Assembly (NCBI RefSeq): GCF_006345805.1
Contig: NW_021831734.1
Location: 1 to 34,363 of the forward strand
Reading direction: 5' to 3'
Length of the DNA stretch: 34,363 nt
Origin: Octopus sinensis
Taxonomy: Eukaryota
Notes under the pieces: model-generated
What the model saw: only the letters and a program-made list of their open reading frames with translations
The model's database searches: none
Told to the model about the DNA's origin: nothing
Made by a program: the position numbers and the translations under genes
In this document: piece by piece, positions 1-12,080 of the stretch
Numbering within the stretch: the first letter of the stretch is position 1
Layout: the number at the start of each line of letters is the position of its first letter

Positions 1-519
1 CCTGTTCCCACTGATCTTTGTACTATGCTTAATACCACTAACACTGATTCTGAGGAGAGCAAAGCTGGGTATCTATTCAAACTTTATGGTAAGATGAACC
101 CCAAGTCAGTTCCCTCGTTGATAAGGTGTATACTTTCAGCACTGATATCAGAATGGAGTTCGGACTGAGAAAGTGTGGTGTGTTAGTCTTGAAGAGAGGT
201 GAAATCAAATATATGAACGGGCTAACGATACCGTCGGGCGAGGTTATGAAGCAGACAGAAGAGGCGAGCTATAAGTACTTGGGGATTTTGGAAATAGATA
301 AATTGATGGAGAAAGAAAGAAATGACAGAAAAATTTAAGGTAGAATATTGCGCAAACAGAGACAGATTCTTAGTCGAAATTAAGCGAACGGAATAAGATG
401 GAAGCTATCAACACCTGGGCGGTTTTACTCCTTAGATATGGAGCAGGGGTAATTGCATGGACAGTAGACGAACTAAACAGCTTAGAGAGAAAGACAAAGA
501 AGTTACTAACTAGATATGG
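1..519 (+). mobile_element. Decayed non-LTR retrotransposon RT fragment (R4/Dong/NeSL-like, RLE group), from the end of RT motif 4 to the thumb
   Basis: Frameshifted translation gives LFPLIFVLCLIPLTLILRRAK-AGYLF-KLYGK...STDIRMEFGLRKCGVLVLKRG...YKYLGILE...AINTWAVLLLRYGAGVIAWT...LERKTKKLLTRYG, the typical RT C-terminal half of this group. The HLLFMDDL segment is missing. Confidence 0.85.
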
Positions 520-1235
520 GTCACCGTTCCATAGCATGCCTAAACATAATCTGGAAGATACTTACTGGAATATGAGGCAAAGACATACACTTTCCTGGCA
601 CTAGAGGAAATGTTACCAAGGGAGCAAAAAGGATGTAGAAGAGTTCTCAGGGTACCAAGGATCACCTGGTCATCGATAAAACAGTTTTGCGGCATTGTAA
701 AACAACATCATACAAACATGTCAATGGCTTGGATTGACTTTAAGAAGGCGTATGATAGGATGCCTCATTCTTGGATCGTTGAATGCCTACTGATGTTTGG
801 TGTTGCTGACAACATCACAAATTTTCTGAAGCATAGCATGCAAGAATGGAAAACCAAATTGTACTCAAGTAATGTATTCCTTGGATAAGTTAATATTAAA
901 AGGGGAAGCTTCCAAGGTGATTCGTTTTCTCCGTTACATTTTGTAATTGCACTAATACCCATAACAATAACACTTAGGGAAGTTAAGATGGATTGCCGAT
1001 GTAGGAAGAAAGGCCCAACATTGAACTATCTTCTGTTTATGGTTGATCTGAATTTCTTTGGGAAATCTGAAACACACCTAGATTCCTTAACCAAAACAGT
1101 CCAAAAGTGTGGTAGGAACATCGGTATGGAATTTGGGATCACCATATGCTCAATACTTAATATGAAAAGAGGGAAGAAAGCTGTCTGCAGAGGATTCTGG
1201 TTTTCATCAGGAGAGACCATGGGTGAACATTTAAT
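520..1235 (+). mobile_element. Second decayed RT fragment of the same group, RT motifs 1-6
   Basis: Across frameshifts: (Y)R(P)IACLNIIWKILTG, EQKGCRR, TKDHLVIDK, MSMAWIDFKKAYDRMPHSWI (about 718-777), IKRGSFQGDSFSPLHFV (QGD 913-921), YLLFMVDL (decayed FMDD), IGMEFG. Confidence 0.88.
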
Positions 1236-2096
1236 CGTGAGTGTTATGCAATATAGTATTACATAACAGCACCACAAATCATTTCATCACAAGAAACAAC
1301 ACGAAAACAGCAAACAGCAAATGGACATCTTCTCTCTACGAGTGCTGAGCCACAACTGACGGTTGGTGATAAGTTGTGACCAACCAACCAAGCATTGCCG
1401 AGGGAGACAGGTCACGATGGTCAGCTGTTTGAGTATCAAACAACCCCTATATGATGCACTCCAGCCTCCACAAAAAAAGTTCGGTTTTGGTGGCTTTCTG
1501 GATTTTAGATTTCCGAATAAAGGATTGTGTACCTGTATTAATATAATATAATACAATATGATGTAATGTAATATAATATGATACAATATAATATTATATT
1601 GTCTACATATGTACATATATACAGAACATATAAGGTGTGTTCGTCAACTGGCGTAAAGTAATAAGTATGTACTATATGTGCTTAGTTTGGTTTACCACTG
1701 AAACTCCGGTTTGAACTGCAACTGAAAATGTGATGTTCAGGCTGCCTATCAGTGTCGGCTAGAAGAGGTTTCTCTTTGAGCAGGTAAATATAGATTAAAG
1801 TAAAACTGAAAAAGCAAACCATTGAAAAAGCATTTAATTTATATTGAGAATATAAACATATAGAGTCCCTTACAGATTTTTCTAGAATAGCCAAGCATGC
1901 CTATCGCGATATTGAGAAAGGATTCCATAAGCTTAGTATATCGTCATCAACGAGGGAGAGTCAGACAGATGTAAAAATGGGGGAATATTCCCATCCAAGG
2001 ATATTAGTATATTCCAGTTTGTCAAAAATAGGGGAAGGATCAGAGTAAAATAGATATGTTACGTAGTTCCATGATCGAATGAATAATACAATTATA

Positions 2097-2236
2097 GGTG
2101 AACATTTCCTGGTTTAAAGGGCGTCGCGCGCTGTGTGTGAATCTGAGAAGTGAATATGTTGAATAAAACCATAATTAACTGATCCTCCTATATTTTCTTT
2201 TACCCAAAGCCAAAAACTTTTCAGCACCCTTCTCTA
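2097..2236. mobile_element. Possible internally deleted Tc1/mariner-derived MITE
   Basis: The right end read on the minus strand (TAgagaagggtgctgaaaaagtttttggcttt) resembles mariner-type TIRs and is loosely mirrored by the left end (ggtgaacatttcctggtttaaaggg). Both ends are degenerate. Confidence 0.35.
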
Positions 2237-3810
2237 CAGGGACTGTGCCACCCACTACAGGCTCTGCTATGGTCTGTGAGATTTACGTGTTTAACATTCC
2301 TCTTAGATAGTTACAAGTCTTCGGTGGTAGGAAATACATGTGCCAAGAGACAATTCCAAAGAGATAAAGTTCTGAGGTTAAGGAACTGGATGTAGAGCTG
2401 CACTGATCCGAGAGCCGGATGAAGCCTTTAACACGTACCTTTATCAAGAGATTAGCGCTAGATATAGGCGAACGCTTATAATGGGGTGGAATGCAAACCC
2501 ACGTAATTGCGAATGAATATTTTAAAACACGTCTACGCCTAAGTTTTTAGAGAGGAATTTGCTCTACTGCAGTAGCTTCATTGTTGCCAAAAGAATGCAA
2601 GGAAATGAACCACTTCGTAATTTTACTGTGACTAGCGACCTTATATACACACAGTTCTGTACCTTATATAGGTGCATTGTGCGAATGTTACTGTGAACCC
2701 ACCTAAAACATGTGACTCCAGTCGTGAAATGTCTTAACAGAGAACATAACGTAGCAATCGACATAATCAGCTGTTTGCCCAGTGCTTCATCTATTTGGCG
2801 ATTCTCCCCTCTTGAGGCAGTTCGATACAGGAAGTCAATTTATATCGATCAAACCCACACCTGTCTAGACTGAAAAAAGAAAAAAAAAAAAGATTTTAAT
2901 CATTCGTAGAAAGGCGTCTAATTTACAAATAATGACACCTGCGATCATGTGATGTTCAAGCTTTTCTCAAAAGAATTAGTGATATAAATGAAGTGAAATG
3001 GTCATCACCGGAAATTGTAAACAGATTCGTGGACGGAAGTTTATTACTGCTCCTTGTTATTCGTTTCCTTCTACCTCCATCTTCGCCTAGCCATGTCAGT
3101 TTGTGTATAGGACCAGCAAGAAATCATTATTGTAGATATAAACGAATCAGTCAGCTGCTGCTGATACAATTCCCATCGGATCTGTTACTATGGTTACTCA
3201 TCTATCGCGTGATCGTTTTCTGTCTTCTTTTTTTATTTTTACTACATTAGTGCAGGCTTCGATTGAGACCCATTTGTTTTACTCTGGACCGATTATATTT
3301 TGTCGTTGTGTTAGAGGAACGGCAATTATTCATTTTTTAAAAATGTTCTCTAATTACAATTAAGGATGGGTAAGGTTATTGATTGGGTTTGTCTTGGCTG
3401 CCAATCAGATGATTTGGCACAGGATTTGTACTTGGTAGATAAACCTAACTAATATGGCGGAGGAAGTAAAGTCAGACATAGTCATTTGATCACTTTTTTT
3501 TCAGTGATATCTGTCATGGACACCACAACCACAACCACAACCACAACCACCTCCATCATCATCATCATCATTCATCCATTTCGTCGCAGTCGTCATCATC
3601 ATTATCATCATAGTCGTCGTCAAAATGGTCTTCGACATCATCGTAATCATCATCCTCATCATCCTTATCATAATCATTCAATTTCAAGTACCATTTGAAG
3701 AGGGAAGTGAGAGCAGAAAAAAGCAAAGAAAGAAAGGAAGAACGAGAGGAATGTGTTATCGGCCAGTAAATGTTATGGAAGATGAGGGACAGAAATAGAG
3801 AGAAAGAGAT

Positions 3811-3812
<2 letters not shown>

Positions 3813-3876
<64 letters not shown>
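3813..3876. repeat. (GA)n microsatellite
   Basis: Direct observation. Confidence 0.98.
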
Positions 3877-3880
<4 letters not shown>

Positions 3881-4364
3881 CTAAATTAGAGAAGTTCTCC
3901 CTGGGAAATCAGGGCTGTGTATGATGGTCCCTTAATCACCCTACAATTTTGTCTCATATTTTGCTAATCCCCTCTTGTTATATACAGTTATAACCATATA
4001 AACGATTATCTCAGTATTAATATGTATCTTTAATTGTTATCGTGGATCTCGTTCTTTTACTCGTCGCAAATATCCCACCATTTCTTCTCTTTTTACTGGA
4101 GTTGCTCATTATATTGCACCCCGTCGACAATAAAAGGTGTTTGTATTGTAGCAGTAATCATTATTTTTTGTTGTTGTAAGCTTTTACAATAAAACTAAGA
4201 GCAAGCAGTCTCATGCCCCTTGTGTTGTGCATCTGTTCTGATTTGGGCCGTTATGCGTCAAGTATATAATATATAGCGTATAATGTATAACACATACATG
4301 CGCACACTCACGCATGCACACACATCACACACAAACACACACACTGGTCTCTCTCTCACACACG

Positions 4365-4645
4365 TATATGTATATATATATATGGATGTATTTATATATA
4401 TGCATATATTATATATATATATATATATATTATATATATTATATATATATATATAATATATATATATAGAATATATAATATATATGTATATATATATATG
4501 TATATATAATATGCATAATATATATATGTTATATATATATGCATATATATATATATTTACATGTGCATTTATATGTTTGTATATGTATATGTAATATGTA
4601 GATTAATACGGTATATACATATATTTATGTACGTGTGTATATATA
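4365..4645. repeat. Imperfect (TA)n microsatellite tract, one of many in the window (e.g. 7070-7131, 17609-17680, 21604-21857, 22430-22550, 26455-26522)
   Basis: Direct observation. Confidence 0.97.
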
Positions 4646-4702
4646 GTACATGCATACCATACTCATAGTAATGCTCACGCAGAGATATCCTATATCAATA
4701 TT

Positions 4703-4910
4703 TAAAGCAGAGTGTTACTACACCGGGCAAAATGCTTTGCGGCATTTCGTCCGTCTTTATGTTCTGAGTTCAAATTCCACCGAGGTCGACTTTGCTTTCA
4801 TTCTTTCAGGGTCGATAAAATAAGTAACAGCCGAGCCCTTAAGTCGATAAAATCGACTCACACCAACCCCGAATTTGTTGGTCTCATGCCAAAATTTGAA
4901 ACCAATATTT
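4703..4910 (+). mobile_element. tRNA-derived SINE, family B
   Basis: B-box gagttcaaattcc followed by core gtcgactttgctttcattctttcagggtcgataaaataagta. Homologous copies lie at 13443, 15207 and 30942-31562. Confidence 0.85.
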
Positions 4911-5296
4911 GAGAAAGACCGTCTTTTATATTAAAAACTTTAAAAATTTGGTGCTTTCATTTTTTAAAAATTCCTATTCCTTCATTGAACTCATTAACAT
5001 TTCCAGCCATTATGTTTGGACAAATATTTCGTTTATTTTCTTTTTTATTTCTTAAAACTATAATGAATATTTATTTTATTTAGAAACTGACAGAGCACGC
5101 AGACAAAGAACAATAGGCTTAGATAACATCCATAGCTTTAGCTGGTCACGCTTGAGAACTCAGAAAACAAAGTTTAATGATGGTTGCTTTTGATAGGACC
5201 CTATGGAGGAGGAAGAGGAGAAGGAGCCTGAGGACTCTATCACCACGACCCTTCCAGGAAGAGTGGGCGGCGTATACAGATGTATACGTGTATATA

Positions 5297-5347
<51 letters not shown>

Positions 5348-5787
5348 TATCACCACCATGACCACCACCACCACCATGACCGACCAGACTATCAGATGTT
5401 GCTACACATTGCTGGTCACAATGCGCTTCGCATGTTTTAGCCTTCAAATGACGCCACCCCGCTGGCTAAGCAAGCAGGCCAATATATATAATTATATATA
5501 TATATATATATATAGCTCAAATTTATAGAATATATATATATATAAATACATACACACAAACACACACAACAGACACACAGACCACACACACACACGTATA
5601 TATATGTATATATATATATATATAAAATAATATAAAATAAATATAAGAGAGTGGTCACTATATGGCTCACTCTAGCACCAGTTAATCCAAAAGGTTTCAA
5701 CCACAAAAATACATGTTTCCCATGAAAGTCAGTACGATTGTTAGCTCACACGGACAGGGCAATAAAAAATAACAAAAATACAGATTA

Positions 5788-5868
5788 TTTTGGGACAATT
5801 GTTTCGCTATTAATGAATAAATGTAATTTTACTTACAAAAAAATCCACTTGTAGCTCCTCAGCCAAAA
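5788..5868 (-). ncRNA. Type I minimal hammerhead ribozyme (intact core)
   Basis: Minus strand: ttttgg-CTGAGGA-gcta...tagc-GAAAC-AATT-GTC-ccaaaa. It has a 6-bp stem I, a gcta/tagc stem II, a palindromic stem III ACAATTGT and a GUC cleavage site at 5794. Confidence 0.85.
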
Positions 5869-6315
5869 CTATCTGGATGAATCCACTCAATCACACGCCA
5901 GATTTTACCATAACGATAAATACGCGTGTGGTTCAATTGATACATCCGACGTTATAATTCAAATGCCCCAACTAACAGCGCGCCAAATTTTCACGGAAAA
6001 CAAATACAGCATTTAGAAATAAATGCAGCATAATTATAATTAATTAATAAGGGTGAGAGAATTAGATACTAATTTAATAGTATATCTATTCTACACCAAG
6101 TGGCCTAGTGCTCCGAGAAACCTGGATTATTATAATATTTTTAATATATTATAATATTTTTACAAAATAAATATAAGAGAGTGGTCACTATATGGCTCAC
6201 TCTAGCACCAGTTAATCCAAAAGGTTTCAACCACAAAAATACATGTTTCCATGAAAGTCAGTACGATTGTTAGCTCACACGGACAGGGCAAAAAAAATAA
6301 CAAAAATACAGATTA

Positions 6316-6395
6316 TTGGGACAATTGTTTCGCTATTAATGAATTAAATGTAATTTTACTTACAAAAAAATCCACTTGTAGCTCCTCAGCCAAAA
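6316..6395 (-). ncRNA. Type I minimal hammerhead ribozyme (second tandem copy)
   Basis: Same core as 5788-5868, with a 4-bp stem I (ttgg/ccaa) and GUC cleavage site at 6320. Confidence 0.82.
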
Positions 6396-6650
6396 CTATC
6401 TGGATGAAATCCACTCAATCACACGCCAGATTTTACCATAACGATAAATACGCGTGTGGTTCAATTGATTACATACGACGTTATAGAGTGAGCCATATAG
6501 TGACCACTCTCTTATATTTATTTTGTAAAAATATTATAATATATTATAAAATATTATAATAATCCAGGGATCTCGGAGCACTAGGCCACTTGGTGTAGAA
6601 TAGATATACTATTAAATTAGTATCTAATTCTCTCACCCTTAATTAATTAT

Positions 6651-6684
<34 letters not shown>

Positions 6685-7066
6685 GATATATTATATATAT
6701 ATATATATATAATATATATATATATAATAATATATATATATTTGTGTACGTGTAACGTAAGTTTAGGAAAAAAAACATTGGTTTCATATATGCGTGAACT
6801 AGACATCTCTTCATTTTCTCTAAAGAGTAATCGTTCTCTGCAAAGAATGTTTGTTTTAAAACACAAGAACACCGGTGATAGTCAAGAAATATTCCTCTTA
6901 AAAATATGGCCGGGCGAGTTATCTTCCTTCGCTTGATAACAAGGTTTTCCAATTTTGAAATAAAGATTTCCGAAAATATGGACAACTTCCCACGGCTTCC
7001 ATCCTGGAGTTAAGGAAGCCTCCTGGCTCATGTCAGTTCGTGAGAATTATAAATCTTTCTGCCAAA

Positions 7067-7137
<71 letters not shown>

Positions 7138-8163
7138 TTAATGTTATAATAAAAAGAGGTTTACATTGAACTGACAATTGTAGAGTATAAAAGTATTATT
7201 CTTTAACAAGAATAGTATTGAGAGCCACTTTGAGGTTTCGGACAGCTAAGCTATTTTCGGACTGTATTTCGTTTAAATTCATTTTGGCTTTAATTGACTC
7301 TGTTAAGTAAACAATTTGTTGGGATATCCTGAGATCTTTTGAATGGTAATTATGCTGAATGGTAGGTTATGATGACCAGATGGTATGGAGAATTTTTATT
7401 GAATTTTTTAGAAGAGCGAATTGTTAGAAGGTATTCATGCATGTAGAGTTTTATAATTAGGTGTGTATTTTTAGGTGTGTCATCTTCAGGTCATATGTGT
7501 TCAGAAAAGTTGTTGGCTAGCAGATCTAGGACTTGTTTTGGTTGTTGTTGATTTTTAGATATTAATCTAGATATTTACCTTTTGTTTTGAGAATGTGAAG
7601 GTTAAATATTATATTTCAGTCAGTGTTTTGACCTTTGTATTTAAATGTGTTACTCGATATGTCAGATTTTAGAATGTATGTGGTAAGGTTTAGTTAGTTG
7701 ACGAGTTGGTATTAGGGTTTTCGCTTGTTTGTATTGAGAGACTGTGGGTTGTCACTTATGTGTGTCACATTGATATTAGTGTGTAAAATTGGTTGATAAA
7801 ATCTAATAATGCTCACAAGAGTATGTATGTAGGCTTAAAAGTTGTTGGTCAGTATATTAGACACTAGGAGATCATTCATCTGGAAAATATTTGGCTGCTA
7901 TTTTTAAGTTTTAACGTATGTATTTAGGGAGATAATGTTTGTAAGCTTATTTTTATAAATACTTCATTCATTCGGTTTCACGCATTTTTTATAATGCCCA
8001 CCTTTTGCATATTTCAGTAATACTATAAAAAGTATCCATACTGTGCGTATATACATACATTTACTACTCGCACGTACTTATGCACCCATATTTAACGGTC
8101 AAAAAAGCTCCATATGTCATAGAGAGATGCACTCAATATAATGAATTTATATATTTTATTTAC

Positions 8164-8524
8164 AAGCGCAGGAGTGGCTGTGTAGTAAGAAGCTTGCTTC
8201 CCAACTACATGGTTCTGGGTTCAGTCCCACTGCGTGCTACCTTGGGCTACTGTAATCTATAGCCACGGAAACTGAAAGAATCCCATCGTATATATATGTA
8301 TATACATCTATGTGTGTGTATCTGTTTGGCCTCCTGTCACCATTTGACAACCGATGTCGGTATGTTTACGTCCCCGTAACTTAACAGTTCAGTAAAAGAC
8401 ATCAATAGAATAAGTACCAGGCTTCAAAATAAGCACTGGAGTCGATTTATTTGACTAAAAATTCAAGGCGGTGCCCCAGCATGACCGCAGTCTAATGCTT
8501 GAAACAGGTAAAAGATAAAAGATA
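8164..8524 (+). mobile_element. tRNA-derived SINE, family A (internally deleted)
   Basis: Head gcgcaggagtggctgtgtagtaag (A-box) and gggttcagtccc (B-box), internal TA/TG tract, tail ggcggtgccccagcatgaccgcagtc...gtaaaagataaaagat. Confidence 0.9.
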
Positions 8525-8740
8525 ATTGAAGAAGCTTGGCAATTCATTTTACTAATAATTTTTTAAAATAACAGTAGCTGAGTGTTGTTATCAGTATTGG
8601 TTGGTGTGCATGGGGCGCACTTTTCGATAAAGGGATTCGTTTGGAGTGCGAAACTCAGAACTCAAAATAAGTTGTTGAGAAAAAGAAAGGATGTGATCGA
8701 TGAGTGAAGTCAACCAATTTGAGATAGTGGCATTCAAGCA

Positions 8741-8810
<70 letters not shown>
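8741..8810. repeat. (CTA)n microsatellite
   Basis: Direct observation; it explains the poly-Leu ORF at 8700-9083. Confidence 0.98.
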
Positions 8811-8811
<1 letters not shown>

Positions 8812-8985
8812 AAACAATAATAAAAATAACAACAACAATAATAATAGTAATGATAATGAAAATAATAGTAATAATGATGATGATGGTATCTCTATATAAT
8901 TATTGTGTACATGTATGTATGTATGTATCTATCTCTCTATATATCTTATATACAGATGTATATGTATATGTATATATATATATTA

Positions 8986-9053
<68 letters not shown>

Positions 9054-9742
9054 CACATACATATGCATATATACATACAATAAATATAAAGATGCATATA
9101 CATAAGTGTAGGTCTATATATGTATAAATATATAAGTACATACATAATATCTGTGTGTGTATGTGTGTATATGTAGATATATGTTTGTATGTAGATGAAC
9201 ACATTAATGTGTGCATGTGCATGTATGTATGTGTATATGTATGCATGTCTAATGGCAGTATTTTGATATTAGCAACTCTCCAGGCATGTACTCATCTCTC
9301 TCCACCCACACCCCGTTTTCGTCGTCGCCATCAACCTATCATGGCCATTACCACTCCCAGTATTACAACCACCAACATAATTACAACAATCATTAACCAC
9401 CTACACTACAGCCAACACAACCCATTAGTTTTCACCCTCAACAAATTAGGCGTTTTGCAAAGGAAATTTGACGAAGCATAAAGAACACATACATACATAC
9501 ATACATACATACATACATACATACATACATACATACATACTACATACATGTACATACACATATACATACATACACCTACAACAGTTCACATACGTGCGTG
9601 TGTATCTATCAATATTGCTTCCTCTCTTTTTTCTCGATATATACATATATATTGTGTGCGTGTGTATTTATGTATATATATCCATGTATGTATACATGCG
9701 TGTATACACACGCACACACAACACACACACACACACACACAC

Positions 9743-9796
<54 letters not shown>

Positions 9797-10402
9797 TAAT
9801 ATATGTATGTATATATACACATATAAAACACATACAAACACACACACATAGAGAGAGAAGAAAGAGCGAAAAAGGATGTAGAGATAAATATTAAAATATA
9901 TCATATATGTATATATGAGACAAAGACAGAGACAGAGAGAGTGAGAGAGAGAGAGAAAGGGAGAGGAAAAGAGAGAAAGAGAAAAAATGACGTCTAAATA
10001 AATATTGAAGCATATATATATACACGTATACATCTCCTCACACAGATATGTATGTATATACACACATATATACGTATGTGTTTGTGTGTGTGAGTGTGTG
10101 TGTGTGATTGTGTGTGTGTGTGTGTGCGTGCCGAATCGTTTGATGAAGCGACATCAAAGTGTATTCTTGCGCATTCAACCTATTATATGACGATGCCGGT
10201 GCTGGTTGAAACCAATGCCAGTAATTGAGGATGTGACGGGGGAGGCGACCGTGACATCACCGTCGACTGGGTTTCTACTCGAGGGATATGTGTTGGTGTA
10301 CATGGACGTACAATACGCGTCTCTATATGGGTGTACCCTATATTAACACACTTATATACACGTATGTATGGGCATGAGGAAGAGTTCAAGACAGAGAGAG
10401 AA

Positions 10403-10469
<67 letters not shown>

Positions 10470-10601
10470 AAGAGAGAGAAGAGAGGGAGAGATAGTGATA
10501 TAGAAACAGTAAGAAAGAAAGGGAAAGAAAAATACAGAGAGATTTAAAGATGACATATTGCAAAAATAAGGGATAGAAAGTAAGGAATTTTATACATCAT
10601 A

Positions 10602-10962
10602 CTAGCACTATGACCCGGCAACGGCAGGTCATAGTGCTAGTGCATGCATATACAGCTGCGTGCGTGCGCACATACACGCGAGTGCTGTCCAAATCTCCAA
10701 CCAATCACATACAGCTACCTGGCATTCAATTGGCGTATCAAGTTTCGGGCATTTTGACTGGGTTTGGGATAGAAATTTCACAAAAAAGTCACCTCTATTG
10801 ATTTTTTAACGGCTTTGCGGGGTGACTGGGGAAATGTAAAGATGTGCACGACCACCCTTGGACGGTTTTGAATAACCATAGAAAGTGCGAGCCCTCTGAG
10901 AAATTGTGGATTTGTATAAAGGACACACACACAGACATTTTGCCGTTTATATATATAGAAGA
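10602..10962 (-). mobile_element. Non-autonomous Helitron
   Basis: Minus strand begins TC (TCttctatatatataaacgg) and ends CTAG after a subterminal hairpin (arms 10601-10615 and 10627-10641, actagcactatgacc). It sits between host A and T with no TSD. Confidence 0.7.
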
Positions 10963-10965
10963 TAA

Positions 10966-11363
10966 TCTTTTACTCTTTTACTCTATTACTTGTTTTAGGC
11001 ATTTGACTGCGGCCATGCTGGTGCACCGCCTTTAGTCGAGCAAATCAACCCCAGGACTTATTCTTTGTAAGCCTAGTACTTATTATATCGTCTCTGTTGC
11101 CGAACCGCTAAATTGCGGGGGAGGGCAAACACACCACCATCGGTTGTCAAGCAACGTTAAGGGGACAAACGCACACACACACACACACACTCACATATAT
11201 ATATACATATATACAGTTTCCGTCTACCAAATCCACTCACAAGGCTTTGGTCGGCCCGAGGCTATAGTAGAAGACACTTGCCCAAGATGCCACGTAGTGC
11301 GACTGAACCCGGAATCATGTGGTTGGTAAGCAAGATACGTACCACACAGCCACTCCTGCGCCT
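10966..11363 (-). mobile_element. tRNA-derived SINE, family A (near full length)
   Basis: Reverse complement of the family-A head (accacacagccactcctgcgcct) through to the (ttttactc)n tail. Confidence 0.92.
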
Positions 11364-11474
11364 ATGTAAAATTTTCCCCTTAATATACTCAGCATACTCA
11401 GTTTTCATTATGTATGTATGTATGTATGTATGTATGTATGTATGCACATGTGTGTGTGTGTAATTCCTATTTAA

Positions 11475-11612
11475 GGGTGGAACTCAAGATAGATATAACT
11501 CTTAAGTAATAGGATGTGTATATTGGGTTCAAAAATTCTTTCGCCTAGGAAATGTCGAAATCAAATATTTACATACTGTTATTTATAGCTTTATTTACTT
11601 CGAGTTCCACCT
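11475..11612. mobile_element. MITE with TTAA target duplication (Kolobok-like)
   Basis: TTAA at 11471-11474 and 11613-11616 flank TIRs gggtggaactc / gagttccacct (10 of 11 match). Purine-purine termini with a TTAA TSD fit Kolobok better than piggyBac. Confidence 0.5.
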
Positions 11613-11748
11613 TTAACAGCGAATTATTTCACGTGTCCCGAAGTTTCTAAATTCTTATGACGTAAATAATATATAAATTTGTGTGCGTGCATGTGTGTAG
11701 AGAGAAAAAAGAAAGAGAGAGAGAGTGAGATTGAGAGAGAGACAGAGC

Positions 11749-11780
<32 letters not shown>

Positions 11781-11889
11781 GAGAGAGGGGATGAGAGAAA
11801 GGTGACATATATCCTAACCGCTTAGTACAATGAAAATGTTGGTTTCTGGTTGGTGTGGTGGCAGTTGCGCTGTGTTACTTGTGGTGGTT

Positions 11890-12080
11890 TCATGAATGAT
11901 GGAGCGGGGAAGTAGCGTTCAAAAAAGTTTTCCTGGATGCCACAGCACCACCTCGCTGGTTGCAGCGATATTGTCGGAAGGTGTAGAAATTGCTGTGGCA
12001 ACCAGTCCTTGGTTTCACATCATACTCCATATATGCATACGGTTTTTGCCCCTTTTGCTCATACTTCAACTGGAACTGAT
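11890..12080 (-). CDS. Candidate terminal coding exon of an unidentified small protein
   Basis: Acceptor cttgcttctcaaatttacAG| precedes a complex, non-repetitive open frame (phase 1): (D)QFQLKYEQKGQKPYAYMEYDVKPRTGCHSNFYTFRQYRCNQRGGAVASRKTFLNATSPLHHS*. No family recognised. Confidence 0.5.

Larger units (their letters stand above)
5633..6648 (-). mobile_element. ORF-less Penelope-like/retrozyme-like element: partial tandem (~530-bp period) plus inverted terminal segment, flanked by (TA)n
   Basis: 5633-5956 is repeated near-identically at 6163-6485. 6484-6641 is the reverse complement of about 6047-6204. Each direct copy carries a hammerhead ribozyme on the minus strand. Confidence 0.8.

Noticed and set aside
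2564-2891. Strong minus-strand acceptor-like tract (ttttttcag at about 2871) and ORF 2564-2764
   Set aside because: It is equally explained as a plus-strand poly(A) tail of a retroelement. No recognisable protein or matching donor was found.
3486-3698. Thr/His-rich ORF, and similar ones at 14334-14552 and 29800-30054
   Set aside because: These are degenerate (CAT)n/(CAC)n/(GAC)n trinucleotide tracts with no splice or start support.
6251-6559. 102-aa ORF inside the tandem hammerhead element
   Set aside because: It is antisense to the ribozymes, is broken by indels in the sister copy at 5700-5950, and runs across the inversion junction.
7140-7970. Possible decayed PLE on the minus strand
   Set aside because: Only a very eroded hammerhead-like motif near 7234-7260 and weak peptide hints (AKYFP) were seen, which is insufficient to call.
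8700-10563. Many 60-150 aa ORFs rich in YI/HT/CV/LS repeats (here and throughout the window)
   Set aside because: They are translations of (TA)n, (CA)n, (CATA)n, (GA)n and (CTA)n microsatellites, which lack stops in some frames.
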